DNA of 64,000 nucleotides. Source: Candidatus Planktophila sp. (GTDB taxonomy: Bacteria; Actinomycetota; Actinomycetes; Nanopelagicales; Nanopelagicaceae). The stretch lies in NCBI GenBank assembly GCA_044348745.1, contig JBIKSG010000003.1; one strand, written 5' to 3'. This document shows positions 51,676 to 62,300 of this stretch, one piece after another. The notes under the pieces are model-generated. The model was not told the DNA's origin and did no database searches. It worked only from the letters and a program-made list of their open reading frames with translations. Within the stretch, counting starts at the first letter, position 1. Each line of letters starts with the position of its first letter. The translations under genes were made by a program, and so were the position numbers.

Positions 51676-53009
51676 CTTTCCTTAAACTTCTTTGTTCGGG
51701 TACGAGTGCGCTCTGTGCGCACTGGTGCGGTTTCTTGCTTTGCTCGTGGTGCACGTGATTCTTTAGGTTCGACTTTTGCGGCTGGCTTTGCCTTGACCAA
51801 TCGACCCGTTGAGCCAGCAGGAATATTAAGGGTTTCATATAAATGTTCTGAAGAAGAGTATGTCTCTTCAGGTTCAGCCAGACCTAGCTCTAGAGTTTGA
51901 TTAATCATTTTCCAACGAGCCAGTTCATCCCAATCAACAAAAGTTACTGCAATACCGTGCGCGCCTGCACGGGCGGTACGACCAATGCGATGGACATATG
52001 TTTTTTCATCTTCAGGGCATTGGTAGTTGATTACGTGGGTAATTCCATCGATATCAATTCCGCGAGCTGCAACATCTGTTGCCACGAGCACATCTGATTT
52101 ACCTGCCTTGAAATCACTTAATGCTTTTTCGCGAGCACTTTGACCTAGGTCTCCATGAATGGGTGCTGCTTTAAAACCGCGCTCCATTAAATCTTCTGCA
52201 GTTTTTTGTGCTGTTCGCTTAGTGCGACAGAAAACCATCGTTGGCCCGCGACCATCGGCTTGCAAGATGCGAGCAAGCATTTCAATTTTATCCATCGCAT
52301 GAGCGCGCAAAACATGTTGCTTAATGCGAGTTACAACAGCACCCTCATCTTCGCTGTCTTGGGTACGAATATGAATAGGTTGATTCATAAAGCGACGAGC
52401 CAGAGCAATGATGTCTCCCGGCATGGTTGCTGAAAACAACATAGTTTGAGCACGATTAGGGGTGCTTGAAAGTATCTTCTCTACATCGGGCAAGAATCCA
52501 AGATCTAACATTTCATCTGCTTCATCAAGAACTAAGCGAGAAACTTCTTTGAGTTTTAGTTGACCTTGTCGAGATAAATCCAGCAGTCGACCTGGTGTGC
52601 CCACAACGATCTCAACTCCAGCGTGCAGTGCCTCAATTTGTGGCTCAAAAGCGCGTCCACCATACACGGCTAAAGTACGAATTCCGCGGTTGGCAGCAAG
52701 CTCTTCAATGTCGCGTGTGACCTGCGTACAAAGTTCTCGAGTTGGGACAACGATTAAAACCTGTGGCATTCCTTTGTTGGCAAAATCTTCCCACTCTGGA
52801 TCGTTTGGTGCAATCACGCGCTCAATTACTGGAATTCCAAAAGCAAGAGTCTTACCGGTACCAGTTTTTGCTTGCCCAATAACATCACCATCTGCCAGCG
52901 CGATGGGTAGAACCATTTCCTGAATAGCAAATGGAGCTAAGAAACCATGAGCATGCAGTGCTTCAATTGTTTGGCTGCGCAGGGGCAGCTCTGCAAAAGT
53001 TGTTGTCAT
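51672..53009 (-). CDS. DEAD-box RNA helicase (RhlE-like)
   Basis: AKTGTGKT, PTREL, TPGR, DEAD, SAT, HRIGRTAR. Confidence 0.96.
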   Translation of the reverse strand: MTTTFAELPLRSQTIEALHAHGFLAPFAIQEMVLPIALADGDVIGQAKTGTGKTLAFGIPVIERVIAPNDPEWEDFANKGMPQVLIVVPTRELCTQVTRDIEELAANRGIRTLAVYGGRAFEPQIEALHAGVEIVVGTPGRLLDLSRQGQLKLKEVSRLVLDEADEMLDLGFLPDVEKILSSTPNRAQTMLFSATMPGDIIALARRFMNQPIHIRTQDSEDEGAVVTRIKQHVLRAHAMDKIEMLARILQADGRGPTMVFCRTKRTAQKTAEDLMERGFKAAPIHGDLGQSAREKALSDFKAGKSDVLVATDVAARGIDIDGITHVINYQCPEDEKTYVHRIGRTARAGAHGIAVTFVDWDELARWKMINQTLELGLAEPEETYSSSEHLYETLNIPAGSTGRLVKAKPAAKVEPKESRAPRAKQETAPVRTERTRTRTKKFKES

Positions 53010-53030
53010 TTAAATTTGATCCAATCGGAA

Positions 53031-53642
53031 TTAATTGCGCGGGAAACCTGAAATGCCTCGCCACATAAGGTTGTGAACAAGTTCCACAGCCTCCTGTCGA
53101 CTCAACTTGCTATCTCGATCGAGCCAGTGACGAGCAGTTACTTGCGCATAACCAATCATTCCAACACCCAAAAGCATTGATGCCTCTTTTGGTAGGCCAG
53201 TATCTATTGCAATCACAGCACTTGCTGCAGCTGCACAGTCGTATGTCATTCGGTTTAGTCGTTCACGGACTTGTGGTTCAACACTCATATCACTTTCAAA
53301 TAGCAGGCGAAATGCTTCACCTTCTTTTTCAATGAATGCAAAGTAAGCATCGACAGTTGCATGGACTCGATCTTTGTTATCAGGAGTCGAGGCGATTGCC
53401 TTTTGAATTTCAAAAACTAAAGAATCGATGTGTAGATCTAGAACAGCAAGGTAGAGCTCTAGTTTTGACGGGAAATGTTGGTACAAAACAGGCTTTGAAA
53501 CATTGGCACGATCTGCAATTTCATCCATTGCAGCAGAGTGGTAGCCAGCAGCGGTAAAGACTTCTAGGGCTGCTGAAAGCAACAAGGCTCGGCGCTCATC
53601 TCGAGGCAAACGTGCCTTGTTGGATGTGTCTACGTTACTCAT
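53031..53642 (-). CDS. TetR-family transcriptional regulator
   Basis: MDEIADRANVSKPVLYQHFPSK HTH; leaderless -10 TACGAT 7 nt before ATG 53642. Confidence 0.92.
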   Translation of the reverse strand: MSNVDTSNKARLPRDERRALLLSAALEVFTAAGYHSAAMDEIADRANVSKPVLYQHFPSKLELYLAVLDLHIDSLVFEIQKAIASTPDNKDRVHATVDAYFAFIEKEGEAFRLLFESDMSVEPQVRERLNRMTYDCAAAASAVIAIDTGLPKEASMLLGVGMIGYAQVTARHWLDRDSKLSRQEAVELVHNLMWRGISGFPRN

Positions 53643-53672
53643 TGGAGTAATCGTACGGCAGAATTGCCAATC

Positions 53673-54539
53673 ATGAACCGCCCCTATGAAGGTATTCGCA
53701 TCTTGCTGGTTCATGCACATCCTGATGATGAAACCATCAACAATGGCGCAACTATGGCCCTATATGCCGATCGTGGGGCTCAAGTAACACTTGTGACCTG
53801 CACGCGTGGGGAAGAAGGCGAAGTTTTAGTTCCGGGACTCTCTCATCTAGCTAGCAGTGAGCAAGATTTACTAGGGCCTCATCGAGAAACAGAACTTGCT
53901 CTTGCCATGAAAGCACTTGGCATTTCAGATTTCCGATTTCTCGGCGCACCAACTACAAAGTTTCGTGACAGCGGAATGATGGGAACAGAACCAAATAATC
54001 GCCCAGATGTATTTTGGCAGGCCGACCTAGACACCGCTGCAGGAATTCTTGTAGAGGTCATCGAAGAAGTTAAGCCACACATTTTAATTACCTATGATGA
54101 AATTGGTGGTTACGGTCATCCTGATCACATTCAAGCACACAGAGTCGCAATGCGTGCCTCAGAGTTATCTAAGTGGCAGATTCAAAAAATCTATTGGAAC
54201 ACAATTCCTAAATCTGTTATTGCCCAAGGTATGAAAAAGATGAAGGAAATTGGATCTGATTTCTTTGGTGCAGAAAGCATTGATGATGTTCCATTTGCAA
54301 AAGATGATGAATTCGTCACTACCTTAATTGATGGTTCAGCCTATGTTGATTTAAAGATGGCTGCCATGAAGGCACATGAAACTCAAATTGCATTAGATGG
54401 CCCCTTCTTTGCGCTTTCAAACAACTTGGGAATGCAGATTTGGGGAGATGAGTACTACACACTTGTGAAAGGCATAAAGAGTGCACCATTTGATTCCAAT
54501 GGTCGCGAAATAGATTTAACCTCAGGTGTGGTTCTCTAG
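53673..54539 (+). CDS. mshB: GlcNAc-inositol deacetylase (mycothiol biosynthesis)
   Basis: VHAHPDDE, TCTRGEEGE, RDSGM, GGYGHPDH, AHETQI, FALSN. Confidence 0.9.
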   Translation: MNRPYEGIRILLVHAHPDDETINNGATMALYADRGAQVTLVTCTRGEEGEVLVPGLSHLASSEQDLLGPHRETELALAMKALGISDFRFLGAPTTKFRDSGMMGTEPNNRPDVFWQADLDTAAGILVEVIEEVKPHILITYDEIGGYGHPDHIQAHRVAMRASELSKWQIQKIYWNTIPKSVIAQGMKKMKEIGSDFFGAESIDDVPFAKDDEFVTTLIDGSAYVDLKMAAMKAHETQIALDGPFFALSNNLGMQIWGDEYYTLVKGIKSAPFDSNGREIDLTSGVVL

Positions 54540-54850
54540 TGCGTTACATATTTTCATTTGTCTTAGGCTTAGCGCTGGGTGCTAGTTCAGTGTTTCTCTA
54601 CAGTTTGTATCCACCCGTTGGTCTAATTCTTTCGCTTACTTCCACCTTTCTTGGTATTTGGGCAGCAGGGCGTTTATGGGGTAATCGAATCTATAGATTC
54701 ATCGCAGCAGCAGCGTGGGTCTTTGTAATTTTTCGTGCAGGTCTGCCAGGGATAAATAATGAGTATTTAATCGAAGGAAGCACAGTCGGTATTTCTCTGA
54801 TCAACTTCGGATTCATCGTAATTGTAATTGCGATTTTAACCCCTCTTTAA
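54539..54850 (+). CDS. Small membrane protein (DUF6113-like by position)
   Basis: About 4 hydrophobic segments, overlaps the mshB stop. Confidence 0.6.
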   Translation: MRYIFSFVLGLALGASSVFLYSLYPPVGLILSLTSTFLGIWAAGRLWGNRIYRFIAAAAWVFVIFRAGLPGINNEYLIEGSTVGISLINFGFIVIVIAILTPL

Positions 54851-56193
54851 GACCAGCTTTGTCCTTCTGCACTGTCCTTTATCTGTAATCCAAGATTTTC
54901 TAATTGAATTCGTAACGCATCACTATCAGACCAACGTTTTTCACTGCGAGCTTTCATGCGTTCTTCAAGAAGATTTTGCATCTCTGCAGTCAATTCGCGA
55001 GCAACCACAGGACGATTGAGGTCTAATCCAAGCACCTGGTCTGCATACATAAAGAACTCGCGTTTATTCTCTGCGCTGCTCTTCTCGATTTCCCGCAATC
55101 GAAGTATCACTTTTGGTGTGTCTAAATCGTTGTTGAATGCCGATTGAATCTCAGAATCAATGGTGATCTCAGTTGAATAGCTCCACGTTGCCATTTTTGT
55201 TCTCCACCGCTTAAGAGTTTCATCTGCAGCTTTTATGGAATTCCAGGTCAGATCCATTTGTGACCGGTATCGATTTTCAAGGAAGCAAAGCCGCAACGCC
55301 AAAGGATCTATTCCGCGGGCAATAATGTCGCTTAACAAAACAACATTGCCACTGCTCTTTGACATCTTTTTGCCTTCAAAAAGCAGGTGTTCTCCATGTA
55401 CCCATAAATCAACAGCTTCGTGACCAATCACAGCATTGGACTGAGCGCGTTCGTTTTCATGATGCGGAAACCGCAGATCGATTCCGCCGACATGAACATC
55501 CACATGTTTATTTAAGATCTCCATAGACATGGCAGAACATTCAATGTGCCAGCCAGGGTATCCAGGACCCCAGGGTGAATCCCAGATCATTTCGCTGCGC
55601 CCACCCGCAGCTTTCCATAACGCCCAGTCAGCATGAAACTTCTTTGCACCGTCATTGTGATATTCATATCTATGGCCAGGTTTGAGTGAATCAAGTTTAT
55701 TTCCACTTATCTCACCGTAACCTGCAAACTTTTGTGCATCAAAGTAAACAGATTTATCTTCACCAACGTATGCAAAACCCTTATCAATTAATTCCGCGAT
55801 CATTGATTGCATGAGATCAATGCTTTCGCTGGCTCGCGGATAGGCATCTGCAGGGCAAATGTTTAAAAGTGACAAATCATGATGAAACTTTTTTTCGTAT
55901 TTTCTTGCTATTTCTAGAGGGCTAACTTTCTCTAATGTTGCTTGAGTTAATATTTTGTCATCTTCGATGAAGTCTTCGGACATATGTCCAACATCTGTGA
56001 TGTTTTGAATCAAGGTGACTTTGACACCAGAAAGAGCAACCATTCGAGAGATTAAGTCGGCCAACATAAATGTTCGAAGATTGCCAACATGTGCATCGCG
56101 ATAGACCGTAGGGCCACAGCAATACATAGAAAGCTGGCCATTAACGCTGGCCGTTTCCTTCAGTTCTCGGGACTTTGTATCGTATAACTTCAT
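54847..56193 (-). CDS. cysS: Cysteine--tRNA ligase (NITDVGH subtype)
   Basis: CGPTVY, HVGN, PGWHIECS, GGIDL.FPHHENE, KMSKS; C-terminal anticodon domain (R..AR..K.W..SD.LR). Confidence 0.92.
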   Translation of the reverse strand: MKLYDTKSRELKETASVNGQLSMYCCGPTVYRDAHVGNLRTFMLADLISRMVALSGVKVTLIQNITDVGHMSEDFIEDDKILTQATLEKVSPLEIARKYEKKFHHDLSLLNICPADAYPRASESIDLMQSMIAELIDKGFAYVGEDKSVYFDAQKFAGYGEISGNKLDSLKPGHRYEYHNDGAKKFHADWALWKAAGGRSEMIWDSPWGPGYPGWHIECSAMSMEILNKHVDVHVGGIDLRFPHHENERAQSNAVIGHEAVDLWVHGEHLLFEGKKMSKSSGNVVLLSDIIARGIDPLALRLCFLENRYRSQMDLTWNSIKAADETLKRWRTKMATWSYSTEITIDSEIQSAFNNDLDTPKVILRLREIEKSSAENKREFFMYADQVLGLDLNRPVVARELTAEMQNLLEERMKARSEKRWSDSDALRIQLENLGLQIKDSAEGQSWS

Positions 56194-56390
56194 GTTCGCT
56201 CAATTACCTCGCGCCAAACAAAGATCTGATCATGGGCAAATTCGATTAACTTCTCATGACGATTTCGCAGGGTGAAAGGACTCTCCAAATACCCGAGGAT
56301 GTCTCGGAATCCTCCCTCAGGATCATGGAGCCGAATACTGACCCTTTTGCCGATCAAAGAGGTGAAGGTGCTTTCTAGCTCGGTTGGCAT
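56190..56390 (-). CDS. 66-aa SH3/Sm-like beta-barrel protein coupled to cysS
   Basis: MPTELESTFTSLIGKRVSIRL...GGFRDILGYL...; -10 TATCGT 6 nt before ATG 56390; its TGA overlaps the cysS ATG. Confidence 0.7.
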   Translation of the reverse strand: MPTELESTFTSLIGKRVSIRLHDPEGGFRDILGYLESPFTLRNRHEKLIEFAHDQIFVWREVIERT

Positions 56391-56488
56391 AGTAGAACGA
56401 TAAACCGATGCGGCAAATATCGCGCACTGGCCGAAGTAGGAGTTAGAATTCGCGGGTAAGCAACTCGCTCGATTTTTGGAGGCAGCTC

Positions 56489-56809
56489 GTGACGTATGTG
56501 ATCGCTGAACCTTGCGTAGATGTAAAGGACAAATCCTGCATCGAAGAATGCCCTGTGGACTGCATCTATGAAGGCGGACGTATGCTCTATATCCAGCCTG
56601 ACGAGTGTGTTGATTGCGGTGCTTGCGAGCCAGTATGTCCGGTTGAGGCAATTTATTACGAAGATGATGTCCCTGGGCAGTGGAAAGATTTCAGCAAGGC
56701 CAACACCGAGTTCTTCATTGAAATTGGTTCACCAGGCGGAGCAAGCAAGGTCGGCCCAACAGGCACAGACCACGCCTCTGTTACAGCCCTTCCACCAAAG
56801 AGCGAGTAA
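56489..56809 (+). CDS. fdxA: 7Fe ferredoxin
   Basis: [36 protein letters not shown]; GGAGG SD. Confidence 0.96.
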   Translation: MTYVIAEPCVDVKDKSCIEECPVDCIYEGGRMLYIQPDECVDCGACEPVCPVEAIYYEDDVPGQWKDFSKANTEFFIEIGSPGGASKVGPTGTDHASVTALPPKSE

Positions 56810-56812
56810 GCA

Positions 56813-57877
56813 TTGCGCGGCCAGCTCCCAGATTTTCCTTGGGATGCACTCGCACCATATGGAGATACAGCTAGATCACATCGGCAAGGGATTATCGATC
56901 TTTCCCAAGGAACTCCCGTTGATCCGACTCCAGAATTTATCCAACAAGTGTTTCGTGACGCATCAAATTCTCCAAGCTACCCAGTAACAGCTGGAACTCC
57001 TGAACTTCGAGCTGCCATTAAGAAGTGGGCGACAGAGCGTTTAGGTGCCACCGGAGATTTTGATGTTCTGCCATTGATTGGCTCAAAAGAGTTAGTTGCA
57101 TGGCTTCCGACTATTTTGGAATCTAAGAAAGTGTTGATTCCTGAAATTGCTTATCCGACTTATCACGTAGGAGCGGTGCTGGCAGGTGCCGATTCGATTC
57201 CAGTTGCAATAGATGCAAAGAGTTGGCCAGCGGCTGATTTAGCGTGGTTGAACTCTCCCTCTAATCCAACTGGTCGAGTACATAGCGATGCAGAGATAAA
57301 GGCTTGTATCGATTGGTCGCGCACCAATAACGCCTTGTTGGTTTCTGATGAATGTTATTTAGAATTTGCACACACAGCACAACCCGTATCCGTTCTCTCA
57401 CATACAGGTGGCGATAACACCAATATTTTGGCGATTCATTCTCTGTCGAAGCGCTCGTCAATGGCTGGTTATCGCGCAGCATTCATGATCGGTGATGCAG
57501 ACTTGATTGCCAGAATTCGTGAAATCAGAAAGCACGGCGGGATGATGGTTCCACTTCCTGTGCAAAAAGCAATGACGGTTGCACTATCTGATGACAAACA
57601 TGTTGCAGAACAACGCGCTCGCTATAACGCACGCAAAGATGCGTTACGTCCTGCCCTAGAAGCTGCAGGGTTTACCATCGAGTTTAGTAATGCAGGTTTA
57701 TACCTATGGTGTACCCGCAATGAAGATTCTTGGGAAAGTGTTTCATGGCTTGCCAATCGTGGAATCTTGGCAACCCCAGGATCTTTCTATGGCAGCCTTG
57801 GTTCGCGCCACATTCGAATTGCAATGACAGCGACTGATGCGCAAATTGCTGATGCTGTGCAACGTATCAAGGCTTAA
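56813..57877 (+). CDS. dapC: N-succinyldiaminopimelate aminotransferase
   Basis: LPDFPWD, GTPVDP, NSPSNPTG, SDECY, SLSKRS.MAGYR; fdxA-dapC synteny. Confidence 0.92.
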   Translation: MRGQLPDFPWDALAPYGDTARSHRQGIIDLSQGTPVDPTPEFIQQVFRDASNSPSYPVTAGTPELRAAIKKWATERLGATGDFDVLPLIGSKELVAWLPTILESKKVLIPEIAYPTYHVGAVLAGADSIPVAIDAKSWPAADLAWLNSPSNPTGRVHSDAEIKACIDWSRTNNALLVSDECYLEFAHTAQPVSVLSHTGGDNTNILAIHSLSKRSSMAGYRAAFMIGDADLIARIREIRKHGGMMVPLPVQKAMTVALSDDKHVAEQRARYNARKDALRPALEAAGFTIEFSNAGLYLWCTRNEDSWESVSWLANRGILATPGSFYGSLGSRHIRIAMTATDAQIADAVQRIKA

Positions 57878-57880
57878 ATA

Positions 57881-58840
57881 ATGGCTGTAGCGATCTTATT
57901 AGTAGGTGGATTTGGCACACGTTTGATGCCTTTAACGAAGAACACTCCTAAACCAATGCTCACTGTTGCAGGTGTGCCTGTAACGGAACATCAAATTGCC
58001 ATGGCAAAGGCAGCAGGTATTAGTGAAATCGTCTTAGCCACCTCTTATCTTTCTGATGTTTTTATTCCATATTTTGGAGATGGTTCGAAGTGGGGAATAA
58101 AGATTAAGTATGCAGTTGAGAAAGAGCCACTCGGAACAGGTGGTGCAATTCGAAATGCAGCACAGCTGCTGGATTCAAATGAATCAGTTGTAATTCTAAA
58201 CGGTGATGTTTTGAGCTCTCATAATTTAGGGGAGCAGATACGCCAGCACGAAGCCAATGATGCTGATGTAACTCTGCACTTAACCGAAGTACAAGATGCC
58301 CGCGCATTTGGTTGCGTTCCAACGGACAGCAACGGACGAGTGACAGCATTTCTGGAAAAAATGGAAAACCCTGTTACTAATCAGATCAATGCCGGTTGTT
58401 ATGTCTTTAATCCTCGGGTTGTTTCAACAATCCCACTCAACACAGTTGTTTCTGTTGAACGTGAAACCTTTCCAGAGCTAGTTACATCTGGAGCCAAAGT
58501 TTTTGGTTATGTTGAGAATGCTTATTGGCTAGACATTGGAACCCCACGCGCTTTATTGAAGGCATCAATGGATATCGTTCAACGAAATGGTGAATTCTTG
58601 GCCATGCCTGGTTCAAGCATTGATCCCACAGCGGTGATTTCAGGGGGCAGCTGTATTGGTGCTAACTCAACCGTTGGGGCAGGGGCGGTTATTCAAGGCT
58701 CCATAGTTGAAGCAGATTGTGTGATTGGCCAAGATTCAAGGATTATGGATTCTTTTGTTGCAGCAGGTGCCCGAGTCGAAAATGGCAGCACAATTGCCTC
58801 TTCTTTTGTAATGAATGGTGAAATTCTCACCATTCCGTAG
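57881..58840 (+). CDS. Sugar-1-phosphate nucleotidyltransferase (mannose-1-phosphate guanylyltransferase-like)
   Basis: LVGGFGTRL.PLT..PKP, EPLGTGG, NGD, FLEK, INAGCY, WLDIGTP; LbH tail. Confidence 0.9.
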   Translation: MAVAILLVGGFGTRLMPLTKNTPKPMLTVAGVPVTEHQIAMAKAAGISEIVLATSYLSDVFIPYFGDGSKWGIKIKYAVEKEPLGTGGAIRNAAQLLDSNESVVILNGDVLSSHNLGEQIRQHEANDADVTLHLTEVQDARAFGCVPTDSNGRVTAFLEKMENPVTNQINAGCYVFNPRVVSTIPLNTVVSVERETFPELVTSGAKVFGYVENAYWLDIGTPRALLKASMDIVQRNGEFLAMPGSSIDPTAVISGGSCIGANSTVGAGAVIQGSIVEADCVIGQDSRIMDSFVAAGARVENGSTIASSFVMNGEILTIP

Positions 58841-58881
58841 CCGATTACGCCTAAATGGCAGGCAAGAGGCCGACTCTGGGC

Positions 58882-58910
58882 TTGACATGGGCGAGTTACA
58901 AGCGTGTAAT
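58882..58910 (+). promoter_or_regulatory. whiB promoter (TTGACA-N17-TGTAAT)
   Basis: Perfect -35 hexamer, 17-nt spacer and TGTAAT; resembles the actinomycete whiB promoter as I recall it. Confidence 0.65.
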
Positions 58911-58974
58911 TCATTCTTAAGAAAGTCTTTTCCAAGAGGGATGAGACAACGAAAGCTAATGGAGCATCGACGAT

Positions 58975-59274
58975 ATGCCGATTCAACCCGCAGCCCAGAA
59001 CTCCCCAATCCCCACTTCAGGACCAACAGTCACACTCGCATCAGGCGAAAACATGGAACTCTCTTGGCAGGAGCGCGCCCTATGCGCTCAGACTGACCCA
59101 GAGGCGTTCTTTCCAGAAAAAGGCGGATCAACTCGCGAAGCAAAGCGCGTCTGTCTTTCATGTGATGTTCGCGCAGAATGTTTGGAATACGCACTTGCAC
59201 ATGATGAACGCTTCGGAATTTGGGGCGGATTATCAGAGCGCGAACGACGTCGCTTAAAGCGTCGCACTGCTTAA
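58975..59274 (+). CDS. whiB: WhiB/WhiB2-family Fe-S transcription factor (alternative start 59053)
   Basis: WQERALCAQTDPEAFFPEKGGSTREAK.VC..C....CL, GIWGGLSERERR. Confidence 0.96.
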   Translation: MPIQPAAQNSPIPTSGPTVTLASGENMELSWQERALCAQTDPEAFFPEKGGSTREAKRVCLSCDVRAECLEYALAHDERFGIWGGLSERERRRLKRRTA

Positions 59275-59311
59275 GGATCTTGCATCTCTTAGGAGATAGC
59301 GAGTCATACAT

Positions 59312-62300
59312 ATGGCTTCCTTAGCCGATGTAGATAAGCATCGAGTAACCGCAGTTCTTGTTTCTCACAATGGAGCACTGTGGTTACCCGAGGTTGTTGC
59401 AGCCCTTACTTCACAAACTAGGCCTATAGATTTAATAACCGCGGTCGATACTGGTTCTGAAGATACTTCAACAAAGTTATTAAAGTCTGCGCGAATTCCT
59501 TTTTTTGTTGCTGATCGCGAAACAGGTTTTGGTGAAGCTGTTTCACTTGCAGTTGAGAAATTACCTAAAGCGATCGAGCATGAATGGCTTTGGTTAATTC
59601 ATGATGACTGTGCACCAGCTCCAACTGCGCTCGCAGAATTGTTAAGTGCAATTGATAATCGCCCACAAGTAGTTATGGTCGGCCCAAAATTATTGGGTTG
59701 GCATGATCGAACACATTTGTTGGAAGCCGGAATAAGTATTGCTGGAAATGGTGCACGTTGGACCGGGCTTGAACCATTTGAGTATGACCAGGGTCAACAT
59801 GATGGTATTCACGACGTTTTGTCTGTGAGTACGGCAGGTGCACTAATTCGCCGTGACGTTTTTGAAGAGCTCGGTGGATTTGACCATAATCTCTCACTCT
59901 TTCGCGATGATGTTGACTTTGGCTGGCGTGCACGAACAGCAGGACACTCGGTCATCGCCGCGACGGGCGCTGTTGCATTTCATGCACAAGCATCGGCAAC
60001 AGAGCGACGCATTATCGATGTGGAAGGTGCCTTCTTACATCGCCCATTACTTTTAGATCGTCGCAACGCTGCATATGTGATGTTGGCAAACTCTTCTTGG
60101 TGGATGCTTCCATGGATTGCTCTACAACTATTTGGATCTGCCATAGCCCGCGCAATTGGATTCCTGCTTGCAAAACTGCCTGGCTATGCATCTGATGAAA
60201 TTTTGGCCTTTACTTCACTGATAATTCGCCCAAGAAAAATTCTCGAAGCTCGCAAAGTACGAAAGAAGCAAAAGTTTGTTAGCGCCCGTGTCGTTGCAAC
60301 ATACATACCGCCTCGTTGGTCCCAGCTTCGCTTGGGCACAGAACACTTAGTCGAATTAGTTCGAGCTAAAGTCTTTCCAGAAAATAGCACAACTTCTATC
60401 TCTATTCTTGATTCAGTTGAAGATGAGGATTTGTTGACCCCGGTTAATACAGGTAACTGGTTATCTATATTCAAGCGACCGGAAGTTCTTGGCTTCATTG
60501 CTATAACAATTATTACTCTCATTAATTCCAGAAATCGCTTCGGTTCGTTAGTTGGAGGAGCCCTTCCTAGTTCTCCTTCAGGTGCAAGTGATTTATGGAG
60601 TTTTTATCTTGAATCGTGGCATCAGGTCGGAATGGGATCATCTCTAGCGACACCTTCCTGGGTAGCGGTTACGGCAATAGCTTCGCTCGTGACCTTAGGT
60701 AACGTTCAGTTCTTCATCACTGCATTTTTCTTGATTGCTCCAATACTGATGATGTGGTCATGCTTTAATTTATTGAAGAAGTTAACAAGTAACAGCTGGA
60801 TCTCAATCCCAGCAGCTCTTCTCTATGCCCTATCACCCGTCACAATTGCGGCAATTAGCTCTGGCCATATTGCCACCCTGGTGCTATTGATTGTCGCGCC
60901 CTTTGTCGCCTTGATTCTTCAAGATTGGTGGAGCATCGATATTTATAGTTGGCGCAAAATATTTTCAGTTTCGCTTTTGTTTTCATTGCTGTACGCATTT
61001 ACCTTGATGAGTTTCATAATTGCACTTGTAGCAGCGATCGCCATTTCGGTTGAAAACTATCGGGAGTTCGCCCTCACTCTGGACAAAAAACTTTTCGATG
61101 AGCGATTGTTAAAGAGAGCGGCGCTAATATTTGTGCCATTCTTAATCAACGCTCCTTTTTCTTTTGAAGCATTAGTTCATCCCAGCAGATTCTTCACTGA
61201 ACCAGGACTTTTGATTCCAGGTGGCGGACCTCTACCAGTTTTGTTTGGTAATCCAGGAGGCACCGGTTCGGTCCCACTGTGGTTAGTGAGCCCGATTTTG
61301 CTCATTCTTGTTATCTCATTGTTCTCTTCAACTCATGCCCGCAGAATTGCCGAATATGGTTTTGGAGCACTGTGCCTTGCGGTCTTAGTGGGATCTCTTT
61401 CCATTTCCACTCATGGAAATGAAGGAGCAGTAAGAGTGTGGACTGGACCGGTGCTTTCGATTGCAACATTGGCAGCGGTTGCTTCCGGGGCGGTAATGCT
61501 TGATCGGTTGCGGGAAACATTAGTTCTGAGCCATATTCACTACCGGCATATTCTTTCCGCAATCTTGCTATTCGTAACAGCTTCCTATGCTGTCCTGGCT
61601 GTTGGGTACTCAGTTACGACAGGTGCAGACTCTGCGGTTCAAGCAAATCGAGCCACAGTTATGCCGGCATTCTTGAGTGTTGAATCTCAAACCAAGATTT
61701 TAGTTTTGCGTGAAGTCGGTAGCGCTAATGACAAGAAGATTCAGTATTACATTTCTCGAGGTAAAGATATTTCTCTAGGTGAGCCCGATATTGCTCCGAA
61801 GCAGAATACTGAAATTGCAACTGCTGCTCGTGCATTGATTGATGGCACCGGTATCACAAGCAGTAAAGTCTTAGGTGATTATGGAATTGAGTACGTCTTT
61901 GCAAAGAGCCCCTTTAAGAAGGAAATCGTTAGATCAATAGATGGCCTTGGTGGATTTACTAGAACTTCTGCAACTTCACTTGGTGTTGTTTGGCGCGTAA
62001 CTCAACCAACTGGTCGACTTCTATTTGTTAATGCAGATGGTGTCCGCTCAGTACTTGAAGCTGGAGAAGTCGGTGCTCGCACTTATGTGCCAAGTGCAGG
62101 CACTTTGATTCTGACTGAGAGTTCTAACAGGTCTTGGCAAGTGCTACAAAATGGTTATCGTTTAGATCGCACAAATAATGAAATGGGTTTGCCGACATTT
62201 GAAGTAACAGAAGCTGGTGAAATTTCATTAATTCATGATGGAACAGCTCGTCGTGGTTGGCTCTCATTACAAATTATTTTCCTAGTTGTCGCAATTGTTA

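Noticed and set aside
54847-56193. cysS homologue next to mshB could be the mycothiol ligase MshC
   Set aside because: It keeps the C-terminal anticodon-binding domain that MshC lacks and has CGPTVY rather than the MshC-type CGITPY.
56391-56651. N-terminal 87 aa of the 153-aa ORF 56190-56651
   Set aside because: It overlaps fdxA on the opposite strand, and a leaderless -10 supports the real start at 56390.
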